A DNA stretch of 64,000 bases from Chloroflexota bacterium (GTDB lineage Bacteria; Chloroflexota; UBA11872), in the NCBI GenBank assembly GCA_965263075.1, contig CBDHGI010000006.1, positions 3,036,281-3,100,280 on the forward strand, in the 5' to 3' direction. This document shows positions 9,922-22,600 of the stretch, piece by piece; the stretch's first letter is position 1; every line of letters begins with the position of its first letter. The position numbers and the translations under genes were made by a program. The notes under the pieces were generated by a model. The model ran no database searches and had not been told where the DNA came from. It was given only the letters and a program-made list of their open reading frames with translations.

Positions 9922-10334
9922 CTATCCCCCGGACATCTCTTCCGCTGAAGATTCGCTACCGCGCTCAGCCTGCATCCCGCTGAGCCCCGCCACCTCCCAG
10001 AGCGCCTTAGCCGCCGGCCATTCGTCATCCAGCATCGTCATGTGGACGGCGTCCACCCAGCGGTCGTCCACTTTGTAGCTGCGGCGAATCACCCCATCCA
10101 GCTGAAAGCCCGCCTTCTCATAGGAACGAATGGCGCGTCCTCCGCCACCAGATAGTCATCGTGCGCCTCCTGCTCAGACTCCGGCGGCAAGCCGCAAAAC
10201 TCCTGAACGTCAGGATCTGCCAGCCAGCGCATGAGCATCGGCAAGTCGTCGGACGTCAGCGGCCGGATGCGCAGCCGCGACCCGTGAATCGGCTCATGGT
10301 CCGTGGGATCGGGCCGCTCGACGAACCTTGCCAT
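9922..10334 (-). pseudogene. GNAT acetyltransferase remnant with internal deletion and frameshift
   Basis: The N-terminal piece is LRIRPLTSDDLPMLMRWLADPDVQEF (ORF 10089-10334). The C-terminal piece, RAIRSYEKAGFQLDGVIRRSYKVDDRWVDAVHMTMLDDEW, is in another frame (9922-10137). The acetyl-CoA-binding middle is missing. Confidence 0.55.
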
Positions 10335-10458
10335 GCGGCCTCGTAACGGGTGGACTCATAGCGAACTCGCTCAACCATGCGCCGCCCTCTCCAGCCTGGC
10401 CGGGTTCGCGACGGCATGGACGCTCTCGCCCATCGGCTGGGCTAAAGTCGCAACCCCA

Positions 10459-11019
10459 ATGCCCCAGCAACGTGCCGCGTCTCCCGACTCCGCTCCCCCG
10501 TGGACAATCCGCCGCGCCACCGTGGACGACGCCGAAGCCATCGAGACCGTACGCGTCGCGACCTGGAAGGCCTGCTACCGCGGATACCTCCCTGACGCCT
10601 ATCTCGACAGCCTCACCGTCACCGCGTCGCGTGTCGAGCAATACCGCCAAGCGATCGAGGACGTCGAAAGCGCCGAACGCGTCATAGCAAACTCCGGCGC
10701 CGAGGTCATCGGCATGGGTTTCGCCGGACCGCCGGAGGACGCGGAAGTGGACGCCAACGTGGGTGAACTGTACGCGCTCTACGTGCTGCCCGGCTGGCAG
10801 GGCCGCGGCGTGGGTCGCGCGTTGCTAAATCGCCTCACCGCCGGTCTGCGAGCCCGCGGCTATCGCTCCGCAATCCTGTGGACCCTGCGCGACCTCCCGC
10901 CAGCCCGCAGGTTCTACGAGTCCAACGGCTGGGCGTTTGACGGTACCGAAGCAACCCACGACTGGCACGGCCCGGTCCACCTGGTGCGCTACGCCCGCGA
11001 CCTGAGTGAACCGGCATGA
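10459..11019 (+). CDS. GNAT family N-acetyltransferase
   Basis: WTIRRATVDDAEAIETV ... LYVLPGWQGRGVGRALL (Q/RxxGxG motif A) ... FYESNGW. ATG 10459 is chosen because the domain starts just after it. Confidence 0.75.
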   Translation: MPQQRAASPDSAPPWTIRRATVDDAEAIETVRVATWKACYRGYLPDAYLDSLTVTASRVEQYRQAIEDVESAERVIANSGAEVIGMGFAGPPEDAEVDANVGELYALYVLPGWQGRGVGRALLNRLTAGLRARGYRSAILWTLRDLPPARRFYESNGWAFDGTEATHDWHGPVHLVRYARDLSEPA

Positions 11020-11579
11020 CCCTGCCCCGCTGTCCCTGGGCCGGCGATGACCCGCTGATGCAGGCCTACCATGACCGGGAGTGGGGTGTCCCCCTCCACG
11101 ACGACCTCGCCCTCTTCGAACTGCTCACCCTGGAAGGCGCCCAAGCCGGCCTCTCCTGGCGCACCGTCCTGCACCGCCGCCAGGGCTATCGCGAGGTGTT
11201 TGACGACTTCGATCTCAAGCGAATCGCGGCCTACACGTCCGCCGATATCGAAGCTCGCCGGGCCGACCCCAGGATCATCCGCAACCGCGCCAAGATCCAG
11301 GCCACTGTCGGCAACGCCCAGGCGGCACTTCGCACCATCGACGAACTCGGCTCGCTGGACGCGCTGATCTGGTCCTTCGTGGACGGCCATCCGTTACGTA
11401 ATGCCTTCCGGTCGATGGACGACCTCCCGGCCGAAACCGAGGTTTCCCGCGCCATGAGCCGCGACCTCAAACGCCGCGGCTTCAAGTTCGTCGGCCCCAC
11501 CATCTGCTACGCCTTCATGCAAGCCGCCGGCCTGGTAAACGACCACCTCCTGTCCTGCTTCCGCTACCACGAGGTGTGA
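11016..11579 (+). CDS. tag: DNA-3-methyladenine glycosylase I
   Basis: RCPWAGDDPLMQAYHDREWGVPLHDD..LFELLTLEGAQAGLSW is the Tag signature. The ATG overlaps the upstream stop (ATGA). Confidence 0.9.
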   Translation: MTLPRCPWAGDDPLMQAYHDREWGVPLHDDLALFELLTLEGAQAGLSWRTVLHRRQGYREVFDDFDLKRIAAYTSADIEARRADPRIIRNRAKIQATVGNAQAALRTIDELGSLDALIWSFVDGHPLRNAFRSMDDLPAETEVSRAMSRDLKRRGFKFVGPTICYAFMQAAGLVNDHLLSCFRYHEV

Positions 11580-11666
11580 TTCGGGGCTTCTCGCTCATCC
11601 AGATGTACGCTCGGGGTCGATCCGCCCAAGTGCCGGGCACCTGCGCTCGCGAGAGGAGCTTCAGTT

Positions 11667-12053
11667 GTGAGCGACCAACCGCTGTTTGAGGCTGCCTTCC
11701 CCTATCAGGACGACGTGCTGGCGCTGCCCGTCGAGGACTTGGATCGGGCGGCCAACTGGTACGCCCGGGCCTTCGGTCTTGCTGAAGTGGAACGCCGCGA
11801 CAGCCCGGTGCCCACGGTCATCATGCAGCGCGACGGCGTACAGATCGGCTTCGCGATCAACGGCGGCGACGCCACCCAAGACGGCGCCGCCATTCTGGTC
11901 AGCGACCTCGAGCGGGCGCGACGCGAACTCGAAGTCAACGGCATTTCGCCCGGCGATTCACGCGTGGATGAACACAACGGCAAGCAACTGCGCGTCTTCT
12001 TCGTCGTAGCCCCCGACGGCCTCTGCTTCTACTTCCACCAACCCATCGAGTAG
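11667..12053 (+). CDS. VOC (glyoxalase/bleomycin-resistance) family protein
   Basis: 128 aa with the paired beta-alpha-beta pattern. GTG start is preceded by GAGAGGAG 8 nt upstream. Confidence 0.7.
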   Translation: MSDQPLFEAAFPYQDDVLALPVEDLDRAANWYARAFGLAEVERRDSPVPTVIMQRDGVQIGFAINGGDATQDGAAILVSDLERARRELEVNGISPGDSRVDEHNGKQLRVFFVVAPDGLCFYFHQPIE

Positions 12054-12163
12054 CCCGGCTGCGGCCGCCACTTGCAACCGCGACGGCCTCAACCGTCACG
12101 TTCTTCGACTCCTCCGATCAGGCGTCCCCGACCGCACGCCTCATCTTCGGCACGCACGGGCCA

Positions 12164-13516
12164 TCAATCACGGCTCACAAGCTCCCGCATCTTCGCCACA
12201 AACGCCTCCTCGTTCACTTTCACCGATCCCGCCGGAATCGGCTGATCCGCCGCCACCGCTTCGCTGACCCTGGCCCCGTAGGCCAGTCCCAGAGGCAACA
12301 CGCCCTCAGCCTTCAACGTCTCGGCCCGGTCGATCAGCCCATACACCAGCCGCCCACCCGAGCCGTCCAGCGTGTCGCCGGGCTGCAGGTCGCGCTTGGC
12401 GTAGGCCAGCACCTCCGAAGTCGGCGCCTTGAGGGGCAGGCCCGACGACGCCCCAAGCAGCGCCGCCTGCGCAATGCTCAGCGGCGTCTCGATCCCACAT
12501 AGGTGGTATTCCCGAAACAGCGCCATTCGCTGACCGTCGGCCGAGACTCGCGTCCCGTGAATCCGCATGTCCTCGCGGATGTGCGCGTCGGCCGAGGTCG
12601 CCACTGCCCACACCCCGTCGGCAATGTTCTCTGACAGCTCCGTCACACCGTCCGGCCCCACGGCATTCGCCAGGTCCACCACCCCCGAACTCTCCAGCAG
12701 TCCGCCGGACTGGGCGGGCGCGAACAGGTTTGGCAACTCGTTTAGCCCCGCCGACGGCTCATGCATCCCGCGACGGTCCGGCGGCAGACCCGTCATGTTC
12801 GACACCGCGCACATCTCGATCTGGGCTTTCGTCCCGTCCCGGAACGAGTTGTACATCTGCGAGTTCAGACGCAGCCGCTCCGCCGCTTCAACGTCGTAGC
12901 CCAGCCGTGATAAGGCCAGCTCCGGGTCGCCGTGCCGGTCCGCCGGGTACCGCCGCGTGCCCCGTCCCACGGCGACGACTTGCAGGCCCAGGGCCTTGGC
13001 CCAGTCGAACAGCTCCATGATCGCCACCGGCTGGTCGCCTGCCGCCAGCGTGTACACCATGCCTTGCCGCCGAGCCTCGCGCGCCAGCACCCAGCCGCAA
13101 CTTACGTCCGCTTCAACCGTCACCATCACCACGTGGCGGCCCTGCCGCAGCGCCCCCCACGCATTTCGCGCCGCGACATCGGGAATCCCGGTCGCGTCCA
13201 CGAAGACTTCGATTGGAGCCGACTCCAGCGCCTCGGCGTCGGGTGCCAGCACGGCCGCTCCTTCCGCCAGCGCCGCTCGCGACTTGGCCGGGCTCTCGCA
13301 GCGCTGCCACTGCCCGTCCAACCACCCGGCAGCCCGTAGAGCCTCCGCCCCGTTGCCCGCGTTCGGATCCGCCACCGCCGCCAGCCGCAGCCCCTCGATC
13401 TGCGAAATCTGCGCCGCGATGCTCGTGCCAAACCGCCCCGCCCCGGCCAGAGCGATCGTCACCGGCCGGCCGGCCGCACCCCGCGCTTCCAGTCGTTCTC
13501 GCAGTAGACGCAGCAT
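12164..13516 (-). CDS. NAD(P)-binding oxidoreductase with C-terminal SAF-like domain (COG4091, homoserine-dehydrogenase-like)
   Basis: N-terminal [11 protein letters not shown] Rossmann motif. The size and C-terminal beta-clip-like region fit my memory of COG4091. Confidence 0.55.
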   Translation of the reverse strand: MLRLLRERLEARGAAGRPVTIALAGAGRFGTSIAAQISQIEGLRLAAVADPNAGNGAEALRAAGWLDGQWQRCESPAKSRAALAEGAAVLAPDAEALESAPIEVFVDATGIPDVAARNAWGALRQGRHVVMVTVEADVSCGWVLAREARRQGMVYTLAAGDQPVAIMELFDWAKALGLQVVAVGRGTRRYPADRHGDPELALSRLGYDVEAAERLRLNSQMYNSFRDGTKAQIEMCAVSNMTGLPPDRRGMHEPSAGLNELPNLFAPAQSGGLLESSGVVDLANAVGPDGVTELSENIADGVWAVATSADAHIREDMRIHGTRVSADGQRMALFREYHLCGIETPLSIAQAALLGASSGLPLKAPTSEVLAYAKRDLQPGDTLDGSGGRLVYGLIDRAETLKAEGVLPLGLAYGARVSEAVAADQPIPAGSVKVNEEAFVAKMRELVSRD

Positions 13517-13666
13517 CTGACGGCACCCGGCGACCTGGCGGCATCCGCATCAACCATAGCCTGCCCTCGCACCAGGTCCAGGCGCCCTTGTTGTGGGCGA
13601 GTCGCACCGTACACGGCAACGACTACGTACAGCGGGCGAACACCAAATCGCTTAAGCTGGGACGTT

Positions 13667-16582
<2,916 letters not shown>

Positions 16583-16605
16583 CTCGTATCCAAGGACAGC
16601 GAACC

Positions 16606-17454
16606 ATGGCAACTGCAACTCGTCGATTCGAAGGCCGGGGAGCGGTTGTCACCGGTGCAGCCACCGGTATTGGTGGCGCCATCGCCGAACGCCTCGCCTC
16701 CGAAGGCGCCTCCGTCCTCATCGCCGACATCAACGCCCAGGGCGCCCTGGAGCGCGCGGCCAGGATTCAGGACGCCGGCGGCATCGCCGCCGCCTGCACT
16801 ACCAACGTCGGTGAGATCGACCAGGTTCAGGCCATGATCCAGGCTGCCGTCGACCATTGGGGTCGCCTCGACATCATCGTCAACAACGCCTACCCCGCCC
16901 TGGAAGCCATGACCGGCGGCGCCGAAGACGTCCCGCCCGACGTCTACGACAGAGCCATGGCCGTCCTCGTCAAGGCCAGCTACCTGGCGGCCAAATTTGG
17001 CGTGCCCCATCTGCGCAGCGCTGGTGGCGGCAGCATCGTCAACATCTCCAGCATTCACGGCCTGCTTGTTGCTCCTGGCGCCCTCGTCTACGAAACCGGC
17101 AAAGCCGCCCTTATTGCCGCCACCCGCCAGATGGCCGTTGAGTACGGACGCGACGGCATCCGCGTCAACGCCATCGCCCCCGGCCACATCGTCACCGAGG
17201 GCATCCAGGCCGGTATGTGGGACCAGAACCCCTCCGGGCTTAAGTTCCTTGAAGCCCAATACCCCGTCGGCCGCTGCGGACGCCCCGCCGACATCGCCGC
17301 CGCCGTCGCCTTTCTCTGTTCCGAAGACGCGTCGTTTATCACCGGCCACACCCTCGTCGTCGACGGCGGCCACTCCCTCCAAATCCAAGAAAACTTCGGC
17401 GTCGCCCAAGCCCACTACATCCAAACCCACCCCAACACCCAACTCCCCTACTAG
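16606..17454 (+). CDS. SDR family oxidoreductase
   Basis: GAVVTGAATGIGGAIAERLASEGASV and Y..GKAA motifs. An alternative start is ATG 16579, overlapping the uvrA stop (ATGA). Confidence 0.85.
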   Translation: MATATRRFEGRGAVVTGAATGIGGAIAERLASEGASVLIADINAQGALERAARIQDAGGIAAACTTNVGEIDQVQAMIQAAVDHWGRLDIIVNNAYPALEAMTGGAEDVPPDVYDRAMAVLVKASYLAAKFGVPHLRSAGGGSIVNISSIHGLLVAPGALVYETGKAALIAATRQMAVEYGRDGIRVNAIAPGHIVTEGIQAGMWDQNPSGLKFLEAQYPVGRCGRPADIAAAVAFLCSEDASFITGHTLVVDGGHSLQIQENFGVAQAHYIQTHPNTQLPY

Positions 17455-17824
17455 CCGCTCCCAGCCCGCTCGCCAGTCTTATCCCTCTCCTGGGGGAGAG
17501 GCAGATTCCGGCGTCCGCGCCGGAAATCGGTGAGGGGTCCACCGCGCACCACGCCCAACCGTTCGTGGTGAGCCAGTCCGGAGTCTGCCGAAGAGCCTGC
17601 CCTGAGCTTGTCGAATGGGACTGTGTCGAACCACATCCCCGCGTCCTCGTCCAATCTTGCGTAGGGGCGGCGTCTCAAACCCGCCCGTCTTCGGAACCAC
17701 CAACCCTTGCCGTCTACGAGGTGCCCGGTTCCTATCCATCCAGGTCGAACCAGTCGTCTGCAAGTCTCAAAGTTGGACGCTGCGGCTGAAACTCTTCTTC
17801 CGATGAAACCCTCAGAACTACGAG
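17455..17824. repeat. non-coding mosaic of short palindromic/repeat modules at the left edge of the R-M island
   Basis: No credible ORF. Hairpins are CCTCTCC-tggg-GGAGAGG (17484-17501) and TTCCGGCG-tccg-CGCCGGAA (17506-17525). The minus-strand translation reads ..PFDKLRAGSS..HHER.., which I remember as an artefact peptide of dispersed short repeats. Confidence 0.4.
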
Positions 17825-18124
17825 CTACTTCCCGACGTCGTACTCCCGCCAGTCCGGGACGTAAGCATTCATCAGCGCCTTGAACAGCTTTCCGTGATTC
17901 GGCACGCGCAGGTGTAGCAGTTCGTGGGCGATCACGAAGTCCTGGAACCCATCGACTTGCCTGTCCAGGTCGCGTGCCAGGGTAATCGTCCCGGCGGTTG
18001 AGCAGGATCCCCACTTCCGTGTCATATGCCGGACACGTACGCGACGCGGAGCAACGTTCAGGCGCTCCGACCAGTATTCAACTCGTTGCCGCAGACCCGA
18101 ATTGCTGCCGTCAGGAGTCCGCAT
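17825..18124 (-). CDS. short DUF45/YgjP-like (M48-type) zinc metallopeptidase
   Basis: ..[37 protein letters not shown].. carries WGSC plus HExxH. ATG 18124 has GGAG 6 nt upstream and overlaps the hsdR stop by 14 nt. The track start 18184 is less likely. Confidence 0.65.
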   Translation of the reverse strand: MRTPDGSNSGLRQRVEYWSERLNVAPRRVRVRHMTRKWGSCSTAGTITLARDLDRQVDGFQDFVIAHELLHLRVPNHGKLFKALMNAYVPDWREYDVGK

Positions 18125-21116
18125 CAGTAGCTCCGCCGAGCAGGATGGCCAGGACGTGATCAACGATTCGTCCCCGCTCGCCACTCTCGACCCTCAGCAG
18201 AGGGTGATAGAGCGAGGCCCGCATCCGCCTCTGTTCCTCGACATTGACGGCGGCGTTGGGAAAGCGGCTAGTGAGCGTCTGGGCCTCTTGAGCCAAATCC
18301 ATGGCGCTTACTTCGGCCGCTTGCAGGGCGCCGTCGTCCTTCAGAGTCCAGAACACAGAAAAGGCTCTGGGAGGCAGGGTGCTGGTCTTCGCGGCAGTTG
18401 CGGCGTCTTCCTTGTCTCTGGCGATGGCTTCCAACATGTCCATCGCCGCAAGCCCGGCACTCGTACGCTCTTCCAGACCCTTCAATACCCGTTCTGCACG
18501 TTCCTTCAGAGGCCGCAGCACGGCCTCCAGATCCGGCTCGCGTTCGACCTCGGTCTGAAATCCTCGGACCAGATTGAAGACTTTGGCTTCGTCAGAACCG
18601 GGTTCATTCCGAATCGCGGCGAGAGTGCGAATGTCAAAGGTCACGGCCTTGGTCAGGTTGCCCAGACCGTGCATCGTGGCCGAATCTTCGACCAGCCGCT
18701 GCGTCTTGTGGGCCAGGTCGGCTACGAATTCGGGGCTGTTGGAATAGGCGCCGCGGACAACCGCGTAGAGCTTGGCAAGCCGTTGGAACGGACTGATGTA
18801 GTCGCGCAACTCGGCTGACGGCGACAGGATTTCCCACAGCGCTTCGAGTTCCTTGTAGGCCGAGTAGAAGCCCTGTCTGTTTTCTGGCGACAGAAAGCGG
18901 CCGAACACGATCGCCTCAAGCCGCGCGTCTTCGTCGGCGCTCGTTACGTATTCGGCAGGCGCCTCAGCCGCTTGGAGCAGCCCTTCTGAGTCGTCACTCG
19001 GAACTTCGAGGTATTCCACTCGGGCTCTGGCCATGTTGGATCGAAAGTCCTGCATCAACAGGTCCAGGTCCTCGATCACGCCGCTGACGTCCGACGTATC
19101 GAACTGCAGCGCCTTCTTCAGGTCCCGCAACACGCCTACGAAGTCCACGACAAGCCCAATGCGCTTGCCAACGCCGTTCGCGTCCACGTAGGGCCGGTTG
19201 ACGCGCGCAATGGCCTGCAGCAGAACGTGGTCGCGCATCGGCTTATCCAGGTATATGCAGTACAGCAGGGGCGCATCGAATCCGGTCAGCAGCTTGTCGG
19301 TGACGATCAGGATCTTCGGGTCGTCGCCCACGTTCTTGAACGTCAGCCGAACGTCCTTTTCCTCTTCCTCGGATAACTGCAGCTGAGCGACAAGCGGCCG
19401 TTCCACAATGTCATCGGTGTTCTCCGAGTACACCGGCGCGGTCCACTCCGCGGGCAGCAGCTTGTCAAGTGCCCGCTTGTACTTGGCGCAGGCCTCGCGG
19501 TTCACGCCCACCAGGAACGCCTTATAGCCCAGTGGAAAGACGTTCTCCCGGAAATGCTGGGCCACAAACGTCGCGACCTTCTCGATGCGGTCGTCGGCGC
19601 TCAGGAAGGTGCGCAAGCCGACGGCTCGGTCAAGCACGCGATTGAGCTCGTCAACGTCCGTCACGCCTTCCATCTCCGCCAGGGCCAGAAACTCTCGGTC
19701 GAGCTGACCGGCGGGTACCGTCATCTCGCTTGGCGCCATCATGTGTCGGATCGGCAGCGTCGTCTCGTCCTCGATGGACTCGGCGATGGTGTACTTGTCC
19801 AGGTAGCCCAGATCGTCGTCCGCGCCGAATATCTTGAAGGTCCCTTCGCCGTGCTCGGTTCGCGCGATTGGCGTGCCCGTGAATCCGACGATGGTCGAGT
19901 TCGGCACCGCCGCCATGAGGTAGGTGCCCAGTTCCCTCGCCACCGATCGATGCGCCTCGTCGATAAACACATAGATGCTGTCGCGGACATTGGCGTCCTT
20001 TTCGATGCCCTCGAACTTGTGAATCATCGAGATGATCAGACCTCTCCGATCCGCGGCCAGCATCTCCCGCAGCTGAGCCCTGGAGTTAGCCCGCGCGACG
20101 GCAATGTCCTGCTGCTGCATCTCGCCCAGCAGCCGCTCGACCCAGCCGGCAAGTTGACCCTCCAGTTCCCGGCGATCCACCACGACAACCACCGTCGAAG
20201 CCCCAAACCTGTCCTTGGATTCCAGGATCAATCGCGCGGCGGTGAGCAGCGTGAACGTCTTCCCGGATCCCTGGGTGTGCCAGATCAGACCGCGGCGCTT
20301 CGCCGGCGCCGCGCACCGTTCGACGATCCGGTCGACCGCGCGGCGCTGGTGCTGGCGTAACACGGTCTTCCGCGTTTCGCCGTCCTCCACGTAGAAGAGG
20401 ATCCAGTCCCGCAGCGTACGCAGGAAGTCCGTCGGCTCGAAGAAGGACTGAACGGCGAATCGATAGCTCTCTTCAGGAGTTTCCTTCCACCGCGCCATGT
20501 ACCGGCGTGACAGGTTCCAGGTGACGCCGTACCAGTAGTCCAGCAGGTGAGTCACGTTGAAGAGCTGCGCCGCGCCCATCAATTCGGGCGTCTCGACCTC
20601 GTAGCGCCGCAATTGCGTGACGCCCCGCTCGATGGCGTCGGCGTCCGTCGGGTTCTTGTGCTCGACGATGGCCACCGGCAAGCCGTTGACCACGAACATC
20701 ACATCGGCCCGGTTGCCCTTGCGGGCCGGCGGTTTGAGCCGCCATTCCCAGGTCACGTGGAGGACGTTGGCGCCCGGTTCGTCGAAGTCGACGAGCCGCA
20801 CCTGCCGGTGGCGCTGCTCGGCTTCGTCGTACCACTGTCGCTCGCCCCGCAGCCAGGCCAGCATCCGCCGGTTGCCCTCAATCGTCGACGGAAGCGCCTG
20901 GATGTTCTCCACCACCGAGCGGACGGCGTCGTCTGTCATCCAGGGATTGAAGCGGCGCAGAGCATCTTCCAGCACGCCGCGAAACAGCAGGCCAGCCTCA
21001 CCCCCTCGTAGTGCCAGGGCATTCTTGGGGGAGAGCGAAGTCCAGCCGACCTCCGCCGCATGGCGCACCATCGGAAACTGGACGGTGCCGGCTTCGGTGA
21101 TGCTCAGACGCGCCAC
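18111..21116 (-). CDS. hsdR: type I restriction endonuclease subunit R
   Basis: 1001 aa. It has the N-terminal HsdR_N pattern ([18 protein letters not shown]), helicase motif I HTQGSGKT and the DEAH box FIDEAHRS. Confidence 0.95.
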   Translation of the reverse strand: MARLSITEAGTVQFPMVRHAAEVGWTSLSPKNALALRGGEAGLLFRGVLEDALRRFNPWMTDDAVRSVVENIQALPSTIEGNRRMLAWLRGERQWYDEAEQRHRQVRLVDFDEPGANVLHVTWEWRLKPPARKGNRADVMFVVNGLPVAIVEHKNPTDADAIERGVTQLRRYEVETPELMGAAQLFNVTHLLDYWYGVTWNLSRRYMARWKETPEESYRFAVQSFFEPTDFLRTLRDWILFYVEDGETRKTVLRQHQRRAVDRIVERCAAPAKRRGLIWHTQGSGKTFTLLTAARLILESKDRFGASTVVVVVDRRELEGQLAGWVERLLGEMQQQDIAVARANSRAQLREMLAADRRGLIISMIHKFEGIEKDANVRDSIYVFIDEAHRSVARELGTYLMAAVPNSTIVGFTGTPIARTEHGEGTFKIFGADDDLGYLDKYTIAESIEDETTLPIRHMMAPSEMTVPAGQLDREFLALAEMEGVTDVDELNRVLDRAVGLRTFLSADDRIEKVATFVAQHFRENVFPLGYKAFLVGVNREACAKYKRALDKLLPAEWTAPVYSENTDDIVERPLVAQLQLSEEEEKDVRLTFKNVGDDPKILIVTDKLLTGFDAPLLYCIYLDKPMRDHVLLQAIARVNRPYVDANGVGKRIGLVVDFVGVLRDLKKALQFDTSDVSGVIEDLDLLMQDFRSNMARARVEYLEVPSDDSEGLLQAAEAPAEYVTSADEDARLEAIVFGRFLSPENRQGFYSAYKELEALWEILSPSAELRDYISPFQRLAKLYAVVRGAYSNSPEFVADLAHKTQRLVEDSATMHGLGNLTKAVTFDIRTLAAIRNEPGSDEAKVFNLVRGFQTEVEREPDLEAVLRPLKERAERVLKGLEERTSAGLAAMDMLEAIARDKEDAATAAKTSTLPPRAFSVFWTLKDDGALQAAEVSAMDLAQEAQTLTSRFPNAAVNVEEQRRMRASLYHPLLRVESGERGRIVDHVLAILLGGATDADS

Positions 21117-21130
21117 GACTGCCCCGCTAC

Positions 21131-21159
21131 TTGAAGATCCTCTGCGTTAGTCATATCCT
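21131..21159 (+). promoter_or_regulatory. candidate sigma70-like promoter for phd-vapC
   Basis: TTGAAG (21131-36), a 17-nt spacer, then TATCCT (21154-59). GAGGAG lies 6 nt before ATG 21198. Pattern match only. Confidence 0.3.
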
Positions 21160-21197
21160 TAGTCAAGCAGACAGCCGAGGCACCCGAGGAGCCGGAA

Positions 21198-21443
21198 ATG
21201 GCAACGGTGAACGTGCACGAGGCCAAGACCCACCTGTCGCGCCTGCTGGCCCAGGTCGAGGCGGGCGACGAGGTAACTATCGCCCGCAACGGCAAGCCAG
21301 TCGCCCGGCTCGTGCCCTGCAAAAGGCGCGGCAAGCGGCAGTTTGGCGCGATGAAGGGGAACAAGGAATGGGAGGAGTTAGGTGACCTCGTCTCGCAGCC
21401 GCTGCCGCCGGAGGAGTTGGCCTTATGGGAAGGCGGCCCGTAG
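21198..21443 (+). CDS. type II antitoxin, Phd/YefM family
   Basis: MATVNVHEAKTHLSRLLAQVEAGDEVTIARNGKPVARLVP is the Phd/YefM N-terminal signature. Confidence 0.8.
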   Translation: MATVNVHEAKTHLSRLLAQVEAGDEVTIARNGKPVARLVPCKRRGKRQFGAMKGNKEWEELGDLVSQPLPPEELALWEGGP

Positions 21444-21830
21444 TTGCGGTTGCTGCTTGACACCCACGCCTTCATCTGGTGGGTGAACGGGAGCGAACGA
21501 CTGCCGCGGCGGGCCCGCCGCGCCATCGACAACGATGCGAACGTCATATTCGTCAGCGCGGCCTCCGCTTGGGAGATAGCCACCAAATACCACCGGGGCA
21601 GACTGGACGAAGCCGTGGCTATGGTGCCCGACATTGCCGGCGCCATAGCCGACCAGGACTTCCAAGAGCTGCCCATAACCGTCGAAGAAGCCGCGCGCGC
21701 GGGCGGGCTTCCGGATCCGCTCCGCGACCCCTTCGACCGCATGCTCATCGCCCAGGCGTTGTCACGCAACCTCGCGCTCATCTCCAACGAATCCATCTTC
21801 GACCGCTACGGCATCCGCCGCCTCTGGTAA
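21444..21830 (+). CDS. vapC: type II toxin, VapC family PIN-domain ribonuclease
   Basis: LLLDTHAFIWW...VSAASAWEIATKYHRGRL...DPFDRMLIAQA. The start abuts the antitoxin stop. Confidence 0.85.
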   Translation: MRLLLDTHAFIWWVNGSERLPRRARRAIDNDANVIFVSAASAWEIATKYHRGRLDEAVAMVPDIAGAIADQDFQELPITVEEAARAGGLPDPLRDPFDRMLIAQALSRNLALISNESIFDRYGIRRLW

Positions 21831-21886
21831 AGCGCCGCCACCTATCGATGACGATCCCCATACGCCCCTATAGGCCCCCTCGAAGA

Positions 21887-22087
21887 CTACGCGGTGCGTT
21901 CTGCAATCAGCGCCCGCACGGTGGGGACCAGCTCGTTGGGAATCTCCATCACCGTCTGCGTGGAGTCCTCGAAAGCGGCCTCATCTTCAGCGACCGCTTC
22001 ATCCTCGCTCAGCGAGTCGTAGTGCTGAAGAAGGCGTTGGACACGCTCCTCGTCCCATCCAGGTGGAAAGCTGGTGGTGTTCTTCAT
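21887..22087 (-). CDS. small acidic protein, putative antitoxin of the upstream 97-aa protein
   Basis: 66 aa, with EDEAVAEDEAAFED. Its ATG overlaps the upstream stop (ATGA at 22084-22087). Confidence 0.45.
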   Translation of the reverse strand: MKNTTSFPPGWDEERVQRLLQHYDSLSEDEAVAEDEAAFEDSTQTVMEIPNELVPTVRALIAERTA

Positions 22088-22377
22088 CGTCGCCTCCTTC
22101 TCATGCGTCGCCGAAAGGCGGCGAGCGGTTTGCCTCTCAACTCGTATGCCGTGATGACGAAGGTCCAGTCCGGATTGCGGTCGGGCACATAGATGACCCG
22201 AAGGTAACGTCCGCCAATAGTCTGCCCGATCGCAATACGCGATCCCTCCCGACCGGGTCGGTCTTCTCCGGGTGATGCCAAGACATCCTCGACTTCGCTT
22301 TCCTCAACGCCGTGGGAGAAGATATGCGGCAGACCTGTTTCACGGTCGATATAGAATCTAATCCGCACAGCTGCCAC
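22084..22377 (-). CDS. small basic protein, putative toxin (BrnT/DUF4258-like architecture)
   Basis: ..HIFSHGVEESEVEDVL...IAIGQTIGGRYLRVIYVP...FVITAYELRGKPLAAFRRRMRRRRR. The toxin-first order is as in BrnTA. GTG 22368 has GGAGGT 7 nt upstream and may be the real start. Confidence 0.5.
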   Translation of the reverse strand: MAAVRIRFYIDRETGLPHIFSHGVEESEVEDVLASPGEDRPGREGSRIAIGQTIGGRYLRVIYVPDRNPDWTFVITAYELRGKPLAAFRRRMRRRRR

Positions 22378-22600
22378 CTCCGACCACTGCCTCGGCTAGT
22401 TTCACGCCGAACAGCACCTCTCTGCCACCCCGATTCAGGAAGGCCCACACCGTCATGGCCGCCTTCCGGCGTGCCCCAGTCGTGACCTTGCACTCCGGCG
22501 CCTCCGACTCGCTTGATGCCGCGGGAGCTGCAATGCTCTAATACCTCACGATCCCTCTCATAACTTCGTGACCGTTTCTAGCAATTGCATCCGTGCCAAG

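Noticed and set aside
17455-17824. tRNA, tmRNA or other structured RNA gene as an island integration target
   Set aside because: I found no cloverleaf, no GTTCGAATC-type T-loop with a matching acceptor stem, and no CCA-proximal structure. No direct repeat of this region was seen at the right border.
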